Source: Raja brachyura (Eukaryota). Taken from it: DNA of 64,000 nt. Positions 30,801 through 45,800 of this stretch are shown piece by piece (positions within the stretch are counted from its first letter, which is position 1; every line of letters starts with the position of its first letter). A model generated the notes under the pieces. It was not told the DNA's origin. It searched no databases and saw nothing but the letters and a program-made list of their open reading frames with translations. The DNA lies in NCBI GenBank assembly GCA_963514005.1, contig OY740810.1:14570001-14634000 (forward strand), given 5' to 3'. A program made the position numbers and the translations under genes.

Positions 30801-33800
30801 TATTGCGTACAGTTCTGGTCTCCAAATCTGAGGAAGGACATTATTGCCATAGAGGGAGTGCAGAGAAGGTTCACCAGACTGATTTCTGGGATGTCAGGAC
30901 TGTCTTATGAACAAAGATTGCATAGACCCGGTTTATACTCTCTAGAATTTAGGAGATTGAGAGGGGATCTTATAGAAACGTACAAAATTCTTAAGGGGCT
31001 GGACAGGCTAGATGCAGGAAGATTGTTCCCGATGTTGGGGAGGTCCAGGACAAGGGGTCACAGCTTAAGGATAAGGGGGAAATCCTTTAGGACTGAGATG
31101 AGAAGGACTTTTTTCACACAGAGAGTGGTGGGTCTCTGGAACTCTCTGCCACAGAGGGTAGTTGAGGCCAGTTCATTGGCTATATTTAAGAGGGAGTTAG
31201 ATGTGGCCCTTGTGGCTAAGGGGATCAGAGGGTATGGAGAGAAGGCAGGTACGGGATACTGAGTTGGATGATCTGCCATGATCATATTGAATGGGGGTGC
31301 AGGCTCGAAGGGCCGAATGGCCTACTCCTGCACCTAATTTCTATGTTTCTATGTTGTAAATATTTAGTAGGGCAGACAGCATCTGTGACAGAAACAAATC
31401 TTTAACTGTTCTTGATATAAATCTATCCATTAAATTAATATGTCTTTCTAGCATTAACAATTGCTATAGTTAACAATAATAGCAATTGTTAATGCTAGAA
31501 ACAATTAACAATAAGCATCAATTATTTGTTTTTTTCGATGAAAAGATTAAAACTAATTAACCACCTACTCTTTATCCATGGCAGACCTGCAAGTGACGGT
31601 AATACTATTGTGGAGTCAATCTGCATCTTCAAAATCCTAACTTCAGGCCAGGAGGTTAATGAAGTTCAAATTTACCGTGAATTTCAGAACAACACAGAAG
31701 ACATCACTACCTTGGGATCATATTCATTGGACAACAACAGCCTGTTTGTGAATGGTATATATTCATAGTAATTAAATATTTATTGTTCTTTTAACACTGT
31801 TACCTGATAAAATGTTAATGTCTATGTATTCTCTCATCCAAACTGTTACTTTAAAAACAATATTTTTCTTGTGATGGTCTACTCTTGTTCACTCTCACCT
31901 CTAGTAAAGGGGCTGTCTGTCCCTCTCCAACTACTGCCTCTGGACTACTCCTCGTCTGCTGTTTCTCCCAGTCTGTTGCCTGTCCCTCTACATTTCCTGC
32001 CTTTCGCTCCCGTCACAGTCCTGGTTTCTAAGACTGAGATAAAGAGGAATTTCCTCACACAGAAGAGTTGCAAACCTCTGGCACTGTTCGATTAGGGACA
32101 GGAATTAATAGATATTTGGATACTGCATGGGATTGGGTCTAGAGTAGAGTTGACACAAATCACCAGCTGTCTTACTGAACGGCGGCGTAGGCTCCATGGA
32201 TAACTGGTTAGCTCCTCTTCATTCCCTCCGTTCATGGCCTCCTGACCTATCCATTTCTCTAGCTCATGCTCAGCCAGTTCATGCACCTTCATTTCAGGTC
32301 AGCTACACATATTCACGTCTTTAGCAATGGTCCCATGACCTACTTTGGTGTGACACTGTCTACATCAACCTCATAAGCAATTACTGTCTGCATCAACCTC
32401 ATAAGCAATTACAACACTGGACTTTTAATAGCTGTCATTTTTACCAAATGTATTTGTTTTTTTTTTACTAGGTTACCACGAGTCAGCAGCTTTAACCAGT
32501 AAGTATGATCCTTTATCTCCCTTTAGTTAATATTGCCATAACAAAAATAAAACTGAATTTAGATAATACTTCTTAACAAATGTAAAACTGAACTAGTCAG
32601 ACAAATAATTTCACAAGGCCAGTCTGAGAGAATAATTGAATCGGTTGTGTTGTAGATATGGTGAAATTATAAACTTATTGTTTGGAAATTTACTTAAGAT
32701 TCTTACAGCAATCAAACAGAACAATTATTCCTGTTAATCCAGTTTACAAATGAACCATCCCATTGCTATAAATGGTTTCACCACCACTGCTGGCTATACA
32801 GTACATCTTGCTCCACCCAACATACCAATGTACTTTTATTGGTTTTATATGTACAATTTCTTACGCCATTGGAAATTAAAATAATAGAATTATAGAGTCA
32901 TAGATGGGAACTGAAATTGGCTGTGTGTATCATGGAGTCTGTGCCAATGGTCTTCTACCCCTTTATACTAATCCTACATTAATCACATTTTTTATTCACC
33001 CCACATTCTCAACTGCAACAAACACTTCCAGTTCACCTACGTACTCGGGGCATTATACATTGGCCATTTTTCTGACACTTGTATATTATTAGTTGATGTA
33101 GAACACATCCTTCCCATCTTCAGACTGTAATGCAAATAATTCAGCAACAGAGAATTCATAAATATTGCTTGATATTATTTCTCAATTTCCTTAACAGCAA
33201 CGTCACCAATGCAGACCACAACTCCAAATTTACAAACAAATTCCCTCGAATTTAATGTGACCTTCATTGCAACGAACTTGGCCTCAGTAGCAGATTTACA
33301 AGATCCCAATTCAGCATTGTTCAACTCTGCAGCAAATGTTGTTACTTTAAAGGTCAGTTGACAAATTATTGGTTGATATAATGAATTAACCACTTGTCAT
33401 TTAGAGTGTCTAATACGCCAACTGTTGCTTTTCTACAGCTGAACCAACTGTTTAGCAACAGCAGTATCAACAAAACCTTCTCCATCTGCAGAGTTCTCTC
33501 ATTCAGGTAAGGAATATTAGTAGTAAGAGTGTAAGAAAGAACTGCAGGTGCTGGTTTAAATCAAAGATAGACACGGAATGCTGGAATAACTATCTATCAG
33601 ACTGAAGAGAGGTCTCGACCCAAAGCTTCACCCATTCCTTCTCTCCAGACATGCTGCCTGTCCCGCTGAGTTACTCCAGCATTTTGTGTCTAACATTGAT
33701 AGTAATCCTGGTCAGACAAGGACTTGTTTTTGTGAAAAAATCATTCCCAAAGCAAAATCTCCAGACAGTTCTGTGAGATGATGGTGATGCATGGTGATGC

Positions 33801-36800
33801 TTCCAAGTCCTTCATGTACCATGGGCATAATCGTGTAGGATCACAAACATGCATTGGTGCACCAGAACATCAGAACATGACTTTGAAATTCTGGACAACA
33901 CCCACATCATTCAGACATTGTGGTCGACTTAAGTAAAAGTTGCCATTGAGTGCTTTTAAGGTCAGTATTGATTTGAAAGGAACCAGATCCAGGCTGTGGA
34001 ATGCAGTAGTGGAAACTCGCCTACGATGGATCCTCTATGTAAATGTAACATCCCCATCATCATAGCTCATCCTGGTCCCAATGTATTAAGTACTGTATAT
34101 GTCCAGAATAATATGTCCAGAATAAATAATTGTTCAGAAACACATCTACGGTGAAAATATTAAATTTAGTTAACCCTATCCTTAATAAATGTAATTACAA
34201 ATAATTTTTCAAACTAATTCAGGCAATTACATACTGCGAGTAACATTTCGGCTACACACTGTTTATTATGCCCCAACATTTTAAATCAATACACAGAAAT
34301 GTCTGAAATCTTAGGTCTTACATCTGTACATTTATTTAATGGTCTCTGCGTTTGTTCCTCAGCCCAGCAAACATGGAAAGTACCAGAGTGCATGCAAACT
34401 GCACCTTCACAAATGACTCTGATCCTCAGGAAGTTAACAGGGTTAGAGTGTACCGTGTGTTCAGCGACAGGACAAATGGCATCACCTCCTTAGAACCATA
34501 TATGCTGGACAGTAACAGCCTCTACGTGAATGGTATTTATCATCGTTTGGAATTTTCTGTATTTGCGTTATTATATGTGAGATCAAAGTCAGAAAATTTC
34601 ATAAAACGATTCAATTTCTCCCCTTTTTTAGTTAAATATTATACCTAAAACACATTGTTTTAAATTTTCAGGTTACCATGAAAGCACACCTTCTACCAGT
34701 GAGTATTATTTCTGTTTCTATATTAATCTAATTTGGGCAGGACCTCTTCGAGTGATAAAGTCATGCATTGATACAGCATGGAATAAGTCATTCAGCTCAC
34801 CATCCACTCATTTACACTAATCCTATATCAATCCTAATTTTTATTTCCCAAGATTCTCATGAAACCCATGTGGATTTAATCTCTCCTTCAAGGCTGTTTA
34901 CAGTGGCCTATTTACCTGCAGCTTTTTATTGTTTGTCGATGTTGACTACTCCTTTCCATTAAATTAGATCCCAATAAGTATCAACAATAGCTGAAAATAT
35001 GTCACTGCACTTTCTACATTCCAAGGGAATCTGACTTCAGTGTGAGTGGTACAAATAATTCAGCAATTTTCTCAATTTTTTTTTTAACAGCAATGTCTCC
35101 AAATCTGCAAACAAATATTGACTTTAATGTGACCTTCATTGCAAATAACTTGGCCTCAACAGCTAATTTGCAAGATCCTAATTCGGAATTGTTCAAATCT
35201 GCAGAAAGTATTATTAATTTCCAGGTCAGTGGGAAAATTAACTCTGATATAATTAATTAATTACTCGTGATTTCATTCATCTAAAATTAGATCTGTTGCT
35301 TTCCTACAGCTGAACCAACTGTTTAGCAACAGTAATATCAACAAAACCTTCTCCAGCTGCAGAGTTCTCTCATTCAGGTATGGAACACTGATGATCATCC
35401 TGTCACAATTTGCTGCAGCGTTGGGCGTGACCTCAGTAAAAGTATATGACATGCATAACCACTTACATTTCTCATAATGTTGATAGCAAGTCACTATCTT
35501 AGTCCACCCAACTGCTTAACCTTTCACTCCTCATTTCCTGACGTGACATCGTTTTCTCTCCTTTAACCTCCTTCCTTAGTCTGTCACCATGCCCATCTAT
35601 CAATCACCTGCTTACCTGTATCAATTTATCGCTTGCTAGAATTTATCTTGCTTCCACCTCTGTTATTCCGCTTTCTCTCCCCTGCTCCAATCAATCTGAG
35701 GAAGGCCCAACCAGAATTGTTGTTCATCCATTTCCCTTCAGAGATACAGCCTGACCCATTCCTTTCCACCTCCGTTTTGTTTTGTGCTCAAAATTCCAGC
35801 ATCTGTGGTTCTTTGTGGCTCCACTTCACTAAGTATTCTTTGTATGACATTCTCTATTACCACAAATTCTACATTTCAAAGCGATTCACAGCAGCAAATG
35901 GAGCATATACTTTGTGCAATGAAGAATTTCAGCTCCAGCATTTAACATTACAGTGTTGCAATGGAATGTGTGAGAAGATGCTAACAAAATTTCAACAATT
36001 CATGATTTCTTTTATTGTCTCTCCAACTATTCCACAGCCCTGCAAATATGCAGGACACCAGAGTGCTTGCAAACTGCACTTTCACAAATGACTCTGATCC
36101 TCAGGAGGTTAATAGGGTTAGAGTGTACCGTGTGTTCAGAGACAACACAAATGGCATCACCACCTTCGGAGTATATTCATTGGATCGCAATAGCCTCTTT
36201 GTGAATGGTATTTATCAAATAAATAAATATTTGTTTTGTTTTTCACTTAAATATAATCAAATTGAGAACATGTAATAAAATCAATACATTTTCATGCCTT
36301 TTGTAATGACTTTCCATTTTATGCATGATGCTTTGTTTCATTTTTCAGATTACAACGAAGCAACTTCAACACCATCAACCAGTGAGTGGATTTCTATGTC
36401 TAATTCTTTCCCTATTTCCGACTATTGCAGGATATAGCAACAGAAAATATTCTGCTGTGCTTTTTACATTCATAGTTCTGGAGTATGCAAATGGTTCAGC
36501 AGCAGGAATTATTTAAACACAGCTTAATATTTTTTTCACCATTTTTCTTAACAGCGGTGCCACCAATTCAGACAACAAATCCCTTTGATTTTAATGTGAC
36601 CTTTGTTATAACTAACTTGGCATCAACAGAAAATTTACAAGATCCCAATTGTCCGTTATACATTCCCATTTGCCCATATTTCCTGTCCATGTGCCTGTCT
36701 AAATGTCTTTCAAATGTTATTATTATATTTGCCTTAACCACTTCCTCTACCAGCTTCTTCCATATGTACACCCTTTGTTTAAAAAAATTACCTCGGGATC

Positions 36801-39800
36801 CTAAAAAATATTCCTCCTCTCGCCTTAATGCTATGCCGTCTAGTTCTTCATTCCACAATCCTATCCATGTCGCTCATGATTTTATACACCTGTATTAGAT
36901 GACCCCTATATGCCCACTGTAATTGAGCAGCTCGCTATGAGGGTAAATTCCTTGTATGGGGCTGAGACTTGGAACAGTGATACAGTTGTGGGCTGTTTAA
37001 ATGTTTGTCCAATATCAACTGACAGATGATCAGGTGAGTGATGTGCAATGTATTGTGCAATGTGTCAATCCCAGTGATGCCGTGATGGGTGATGGCACCT
37101 AATTCTCAAAGACACAATTCAGCAACATGAATGTTTTAAACTTTGTGTGATACTCTTTTCTCATTTTTCTTCATAGCAATGCCACCACCTCAGACCTCAA
37201 ATCCCTTTGATTTTAACGTGACCTTCACTGTAACTAACTTGGCCGCAACACCAAGTTTACAAAATCCCAATTCACGATTGTTCAAATCTGCAGCAAGTAT
37301 TGTTGCTTTCCAGGTCAGTTGGCAAATTAATCATTGATGTAATTCATTAATTACTTGTGGGTTTATTTCATCTTAAATTCCATATGTTGCTTTCCTACAG
37401 CTGGACACACTGTTCAATGCCAGTCAGCTCAACAAAACGTTCTCCAGCTGCAAAGTTCTCTCATTCAGGTAAGGAATATTATTAATAATCCTGGTCAGTA
37501 GTTGCTCCAATGTTGCATGTGACTTTAGTAAGGTAAATGACACTGCAAAAGCATTTACATTTCTGTTTGATAATCTACAATGGTGCTTCCAAATCGTCAA
37601 TGTGCTAATTGCAAGATTGTGCACAAGCTCATGAACATGCATTGATGCATCCTGAAGCATAATTGCATATCTGCACATCAGTTCGAGGCTTTGGACTACA
37701 TCTGCATTGCCCTCAGGCACTGTCATCTACCCAAACAGAAGTTGGTCATAAGTACATTGAAGTTCTGTCACTGCATTCGCTGGGGGAAATAATACTTGAT
37801 TTGGTTTCCGGCCACCAAGTGTAGTGCTGGAAACTCACCTGAGAAAGATACTATCCATCATCAAAGCTCTCCCTTCAGACATCCAACACATTACCATAAA
37901 CAAATACAGTATTTCAGTACAATTTAATTTCTCATGGACACTACAATACTTTGGCTATATTGGACTTTGCACAAAATAATCCATACAAACTAATTCACAA
38001 ATTGACATGTTACCTGCAAATGTGTTAGTCATATCAGCCCCAACATTTCAGAATTAGGTCAGTGAAATGGATGATATCTTACATTTTCCAAATAAAAACT
38101 CAAAATCATGTTTTATGATTTATTTACTCCGCAACTAATTTATTGGAAGATTGCTCTGAATGTATTAAGGGCACCAGAGTGGTCTCTAATAATGCTTTTG
38201 GAAAGAGTTTTGATGCTCTGAACATTAATAGACAAAAGGTGCAGGAGTAGGTCATTCGGCCCTTCAAGCCAGCACTGATATTCAATGTGATCATGGCTGA
38301 TCATCCCCAATCAGTACCACGTCCCCGCCTTCTCCCAATATACCCTGACTCGCTATCTAGCTCTCCCTTGAAAGTATCCAGTGAACCGGCCTCCTGTGGC
38401 AGAGAATTCCACAGACTCACAACTCTCTGTGTGAAATTATCTTTCCTCATCTCTCTTCTAAATGGCTTACCCCTTATTCTTAAACAGTGGCCTCTGGTTC
38501 TGGACTCCCCCAACATCTGGAACATGTTTCCTGCCTCTAGGGTGACCAAACCCTTAATCCTATATGTTTCAATCAGATGTCCTCTAATCCTTCTAAATTC
38601 CAGAGTATACAAGCCCAGCCGCTCCATTCTCTCAGCATTTGCCAGTCCCGCCATTCCAGGAATTAACCTTGTAAACCAAAGCTGCATTCACTCAATAGCA
38701 ATAATGTTGTTCCACAAATTAGGGGACCAAAACTACACACAATACTCCAGGTGTGGTCTCACTAGGGCCCTACACAACTGCAGAAGGACCTATTTGCTCC
38801 TATACTCAACTCCTCTTGTTATGAAGGCCAACATGCCACTCGCTTTCTTCACTGCCTAATGTACCTGCATGCTTACTTTTATTGACAGATGAACAAGGAC
38901 CCCCAGATCCCTTTGTACTTCCCCTTTCCCAACTTGACACCATTTAGATAATAATCTGCCTTCCTGTTTTTGCTACCAAAGTGTACAACCTCACATTTAT
39001 GCACATTAAACTGCATCTGCCCACTCACCCAACCTGTCCAAGTCACCTTGCATTCTCATAGCATCCTCCGTACAGTTCGCACACCGTACAGTTCACAGTT
39101 CTCAGCACCGAGCTTGCGGTACCCCACTAGTCACTGCCTAGCATTCTGCCATAGTAACTAAACACGTTGCCTTATGGATGGTAAACACTTCACTAACAGT
39201 CCTTCTTACAACTTTGTTTGCTACTGATATAATTGCAGAGGTTCAAATCAGTTCACTGATGCAGGTTGAACTGACACATAATACTGTAGGATTTCAGCCC
39301 AACATCTTCTGTTATCGCAAAGTAATATATGGAAAGATCTGAGATGGTCTTTCAAACAATTCCTGATATACCATAATGGATTGTCTCTCCATCTATTTCA
39401 CAGCCCAGAAAATATACAGGACACCAGAGTGTATGCCAACTGCACTTTCAGAAATGACTCTGATCCTCAGAAAGTTAACAGAGTTAATGTGTACCGTGAG
39501 TTCAGAGGCAAGACGAGCGGCATCTCCACCTTAGGGGCTTATTTACTGGACAGTAACAGCCTCTTTGTGAATGGTATTTATAAATTACAGGATATGCTGT
39601 GTTGTTCATTTTAATTATATAAAATTGAGAATTTCATTAAAAGTAAATATATTTTAGTCTTGACAATGATGACTTATTGTCTTTTTTAGGTTACAACGAA
39701 CCCACAGCCCCAACCAGTGAGTACAGTTTCTGTTTCTATAAAGTATTTCACAAGTATTTCCTTGTCATGTAGTGCATTACAACTGTGAATATTCTTTCTT

Positions 39801-42800
39801 AAAACCTCACAAAATCTTATCAACCGCAACCTCCTCATTAGTGATGGCAGAAATGTGATATTGAGAAGAGTATTGAAGAGACACTGCACGGTAACAAGCC
39901 ATCAATCCCGAGTCCACATCAACCATCAACAAGAGGATGAGATGTGACCAACCAATTGTCACCAATGGCTTCGGCACCACTGCTAGCCAAACATTTTATC
40001 AGGAATATATCAGTTCTGTCCAATAGACCCACTAGTGCATTATGATTAACCCAAACATAACCTAATACATGTCATTATTATCCCCTTTAACAACTGTGGA
40101 AATTGTTGAAAGATAAATGATTGAAAGGTTAAACAAAATGGTGTGTGCTACGTCATCCGGACCACTTTATGACAGACAAGTTCATTAATTGATCTGCAAC
40201 TTGCTAGACCAGGAGTGCTAGATACCTGAAATTATAGCCATACCCCAAATTTGAAAACAAATTTAATAAGGCTCAAAAATAATGTCAAGCTCAATGAAAA
40301 GGGGAGGTTGCTAGGAAATGATATAGCGTAATGGAAGGTCTCTGGTGAAAGATGCTCTAGTTCCAATAAAGTATGTAACAGACAAAACTATTGGATGCCA
40401 ATATAATTGATTGCTCCTTTCCATCACACCGGCTCCCAAAATGTGCTTTCTATATTCCAGGTACAGGATACAAATTATTCAGCAACAAGAGCTTTTAAAA
40501 AAATATTCTTCTGTTATTTTTCTTAACAGCAATGCCACCACCTCCGACCTCAAATCCCTTTGATTTTAATGTGACCTTCACTGTAACTAACTTGGCCGCA
40601 ACACCAAGTTTACAAAATCCCAATTCACGATTGTTCAGATCTGCAGCAAGTATTGTTGCTTTCCAGGTCAGTTGGCAAATTAATCATTGATGTAATTCAT
40701 TAATTACTTGTGGGTTTATTTCATCTTAAACTCCATATGTTGCTTTCCTACAGCTGGACACACTGTTCAATGCCAGTCAGCTCAACAAAACGTTCTCCAG
40801 CTGCAAGGTTATCTCATTCAGGTAAGGAATATTGATAATGATCCTGGTCAGTATTTGTTCCAGTGTTGCATGTGACTTTAGTAAGGTAAATGACACTGCA
40901 AAAGCATTTACATTTCTGTTTGATAATCTACAATGGTGCTTCCAAATCGTCAATATGCCAATTGCAAGATTGTGCATAAGCTCATGAACATGCATTGATG
41001 CATCCTGGGGCATAATTGCATATCTGCACATCAGTTTGAAGCTTTGGACTACATCTGCATTGCCCTCAGGCACTGTCATCTACCCGAACAGAAGTTGGCC
41101 ATAAGTACATTGAAGTTCTGTTACTGCATTGTCTGGGGTAAATTATATTTGCTTAGGTTTCAGGCCATCAAGTGTAGTGGTGAAAACTCACCTGAGAGAG
41201 ATACTATCCATCATCAAAGCTCTCCCTTCAGACCTCCAGCACATTACCATAAACAAATACAGTATTTCAGTACCATTTAATTTCTCATGGACACTACAAT
41301 AGTTTGGCTATATTGGACTTTGCACAAAATAATCCATACAAACTAATTCACAAATTGACATGTTGCCTGCAAATGTGTTAGTCATATCAGCCAGAACATT
41401 TCAGAATTAGGTCAGTGAAATGGATGATATCTTAAAATTTCCAAATAAAAACTCTAAATCCTCTTTTATGATTTATTTACTCCACAACTAATTTATTGCA
41501 AGATTGTTCTGAATGTATTAAGGGATCTCTAATAATGCTTTTGGAAAGAGTTTTGATGCTCTGAACATTAATAGACAAAAGGTGCAGGAGTAGGTCATTC
41601 ATCCCTTCGAGCCAGCACCCCCATTCAATGTGATCATGGCTGATCATCCCCAATCAGTACCCTGTTCCCATCTTATCCCCATATCCTCTGACTCCGCTAT
41701 CTTTAAGAGCCCTATAAAGCTCTCCCTTGAAAGTATCCAGAGAACCGGCCTCCTCCGCCCTCTGAGGCAGAGAATTCCACAGACTCACACTCTCTGTGTG
41801 AACATTCTTTTCCTCATCTCAGTTCTAAATGGCTTACCCCTTATTCTTAAACAGTGGCCCCTGGTTCTGGACTCTCCCAACATCGGGAACATGTTTCCTG
41901 CCTCTAGCGTGACCAAACCCTTAATAATTTTATATGTTTCAATAAGACCCCCTCTCATCCTTCTAAATTCCAGAGAATACAAGCCCAGCCGCTCCATTCT
42001 CTCAGCATATGATTCCCGCCGTCCCAGGAATTAACCTTGTGAAATGAATGATATCTTAAATGGCAAGAATTTCTGTCCACAAATTAGGGGTCCAAAACTA
42101 CACACAATACTCCAGGTGTGGTCTCACTCGGGCCCTATACAACTGCAGAAGGACCTATTTGCTCCTATACTCAACTCCTCTTGTTATGAAGGCCAACATG
42201 CCATTCGCTTTCTTCACTGCCTAATGTACCTGCATGCTTACTTTTTATGACAGATGAACAAGGACCCCCAGATCCCTTTGTACTTCCCCTTTCCCAACTT
42301 GACACCATTTAGATAATAATCTGCCTTCCTGTTTTTGCTACCAAAGTGTACAACCTCACATTTATGCACATTAAACTGCATCTGCTCACTCACCCAACCT
42401 GTCCAAGTCACCTTGCATTCTCATAGCATCCTCCGTACAGTTCACACTCCGTACAGTTCACAGTTCTCAGCACCGAGCCTTGCGGTACCCCACTAGTCAT
42501 TGCCTGCCATTCTGCCATAGTAACTAAACACGTTGCTTTATGGATGTTAAACACTTCACTAACAGTCCTTCTTACAACTTTGTTTGCTACTGATATAATT
42601 GCAGAGGTTCAAATCAGTTCACTGATGCAGGTTGAGCAGACACATAATACTGTAGGATTTCAGCCCAACATCTTCTGTTATCGCAAAGTAATATATGGAA
42701 AGATCTGAGATGGTCTTCAAAATAACAATTCCTGATATACCATAATTGATTGTCTCTCCATCTATTTCACAGCCCAGAAAATATACAGGACACCAGAGTG

Positions 42801-45800
42801 TATGCCAACTGCACTTTCAGAAATGACTCTGATCCTCAGAAAGTTAACAGAGTTAATGTGTACCGTGAGTTCAGAGGCAAGACGAGCGGCATCTCCACCT
42901 TAGGGGCTTATTTACTGGACAGTAACAGCCTCTTTGTGAATGGTATTTATAAATTACAGGATATGCTGTGTTGTTCATTTTAATTATATAAAATTGAGAA
43001 TTTCATTAAAAGTAAATATATTTTAGTCTTGACAATGATGACTTATTGTCTTTTTTAGGTTACAACGAACCCACAGCCCCAACCAGTGAGTACAGTTTCT
43101 GTTTCTATAAAGTATTTCACAAGTATTTCCTTGTCATGTAGTGCATTACAACTGTGAATATTCTTTCTTAAAACCTCACAAAATCTTATCAACCGCAACC
43201 TCCTCATTAGTGATGGCAGAAATGTGATATTGAGAAGAGTATTGAAGAGACACTGCACGGTAACAAGCCATCAATCCCGAGTCCACATCAACCATCAACA
43301 AGAGGATGAGATGTGACCAACCAATTGTCACCAATGGCTTCGGCACCACTGCTAGCCAAACATTTTATCAGGAATATATCAGTTCTGTCCAATAGACCCA
43401 CTAGTGCATTATGATTAACCCAAACATAACCTAATACATGTCATTATTATCCCCTTTAACAACTGTGGAAATTGTTGAAAGATAAATGATTGAAAGGTTA
43501 AACAAAATGGTGTGTGCTACGTCATCCGGACCACTTTATGACAGACAAGTTCATTAATTGATCTGCAACTTGCTAGACCAGGAGTGCTAGATACCTGAAA
43601 TTATAGCCATACCCCAAATTTGAAAACAAATTTAATAAGGCTCAAAAATAATGTCAAGCTCAATGAAAAGGGGAGGTTGCTAGGAAATGATATAGCGTAA
43701 TGGAAGGTCTCTGGTGAAAGATGCTCTAGTTCCAATAAAGTATGTAACAGACAAAACTATTGGATGCCAATATAATTGATTGCTCCTTTCCATCACACCG
43801 GCTCCCAAAATGTGCTTTCTATATTCCAGGTACAGGATACAAATTATTCAGCAACAAGAGCTTTTAAAAAAATATTTTTCTGTTATTTTTCTTAACAGCA
43901 ATGCCACCACCTCCGACCTCAAATCCCTTTGATTTTAATGTGACCTTCACTGTAACTAACTTGGCCGCAACACCAAGTTTACAAAATCCCAATTCACGAT
44001 TGTTCAGATCTGCAGCAAGTATTGTTGCTTTCCAGGTCAGTTGGCAAATTAATCATTGATGTAATTCATTAATTACTTGTGGGTTTATTTCATCTTAAAC
44101 TCCATATGTTGCTTTCCTACAGCTGGACACACTGTTCAATGCCAGTCAGCTCAACAAAACGTTCTCCAGCTGCAAGGTTATCTCATTCAGGTAAGGAATA
44201 TTGATAATGATCCTGGTCAGTATTTGTTCCAGTGTTGCATGTGACTTTAGTAAGGTAAATGACACTGCAAAAGCATTTACATTTCTGTTTGATAATCTAC
44301 AATGGTGCTTCCAAATCGTCAAAATGCCAATTGCAAGATTGTGCATAAGCTCATGAACATGCATTGATGCATCCTGGGGCATAATTGCATATCTGCACAT
44401 CAGTTTGAAGCTTTGGACTACATCTGCATTGCCCTCAGGCACTGTCATCTACCCGAACAGAAGTTGGCCATAAGTACATTGAAGTTCTGTTACTGCATTG
44501 TCTGGGGTAAATTATATTTGCTTAGGTTTCAGGCCATCAAGTGTAGTGGTGAAAACTCACCTGAGAGAGATACTATCCATCATCAAAGCTCTCCCTTCAG
44601 ACCTCCAGCACATTACCATAAACAAATACAGTATTTCAGTACCATTTAATTTCTCATGGACACTACAATAGTTTGGCTATATTGGACTTTGCACAAAATA
44701 ATCCATACAAACTAATTCACAAATTGACATGTTGCCTGCAAATGTGTTAGTCATATCAGCCAGAACATTTCAGAATTAGGTCAGTGAAATGGATGATATC
44801 TTAAAATTTCCAAATAAAAACTCTAAATCCTCTTTTATGATTTATTTACTCCACAACTAATTTATTGCAAGATTGTTCTGAATGTATTAAGGGATCTCTA
44901 ATAATGCTTTTGGAAAGAGTTTTGATGCTCTGAACATTAATAGACAAAAGGTGCAGGAGTAGGTCATTCATCCCTTCGAGCCAGCACCCCCATTCAATGT
45001 GATCATGGCTGATCATCCCCAATCAGTACCCTGTTCCCATCTTATCCCCATATCCTCTGACTCCGCTATCTTTAAGAGCCCTATAAAGCTCTCCCTTGAA
45101 AGTATCCAGAGAACCGGCCTCCTCCGCCCTCTGAGGCAGAGAATTCCACAGACTCACACTCTCTGTGTGAACATTCTTTTCCTCATCTCAGTTCTAAATG
45201 GCTTACCCCTTATTCTTAAACAGTGGCCCCTGGTTCTGGACTCTCCCAACATCGGGAACATGTTTCCTGCCTCTAGCGTGACCAAACCCTTAATAATTTT
45301 ATATGTTTCAATAAGACCCCCTCTCATCCTTCTAAATTCCAGAGAATACAAGCCCAGCCGCTCCATTCTCTCAGCATATGATTCCCGCCGTCCCAGGAAT
45401 TAACCTTGTGAAATGAATGATATCTTAAATGGCAAGAATTTCTGTCCACAAATTAGGGGTCCAAAACTACACACAATACTCCAGGTGTGGTCTCACTCGG
45501 GCCCTATACAACTGCAGAAGGACCTATTTGCTCCTATACTCAACTCCTCTTGTTATGAAGGCCAACATGCCATTCGCTTTCTTCACTGCCTAATGTACCT
45601 GCATGCTTACTTTTTATGACAGATGAACAAGGACCCCCAGATCCCTTTGTACTTCCCCTTTCCCAACTTGACACCATTTAGATAATAATCTGCCTTCCTG
45701 TTTTTGCTACCAAAGTGTACAACCTCACATTTATGCACATTAAACTGCATCTGCTCACTCACCCAACCTGTCCAAGTCACCTTGCATTCTCATAGCATCC

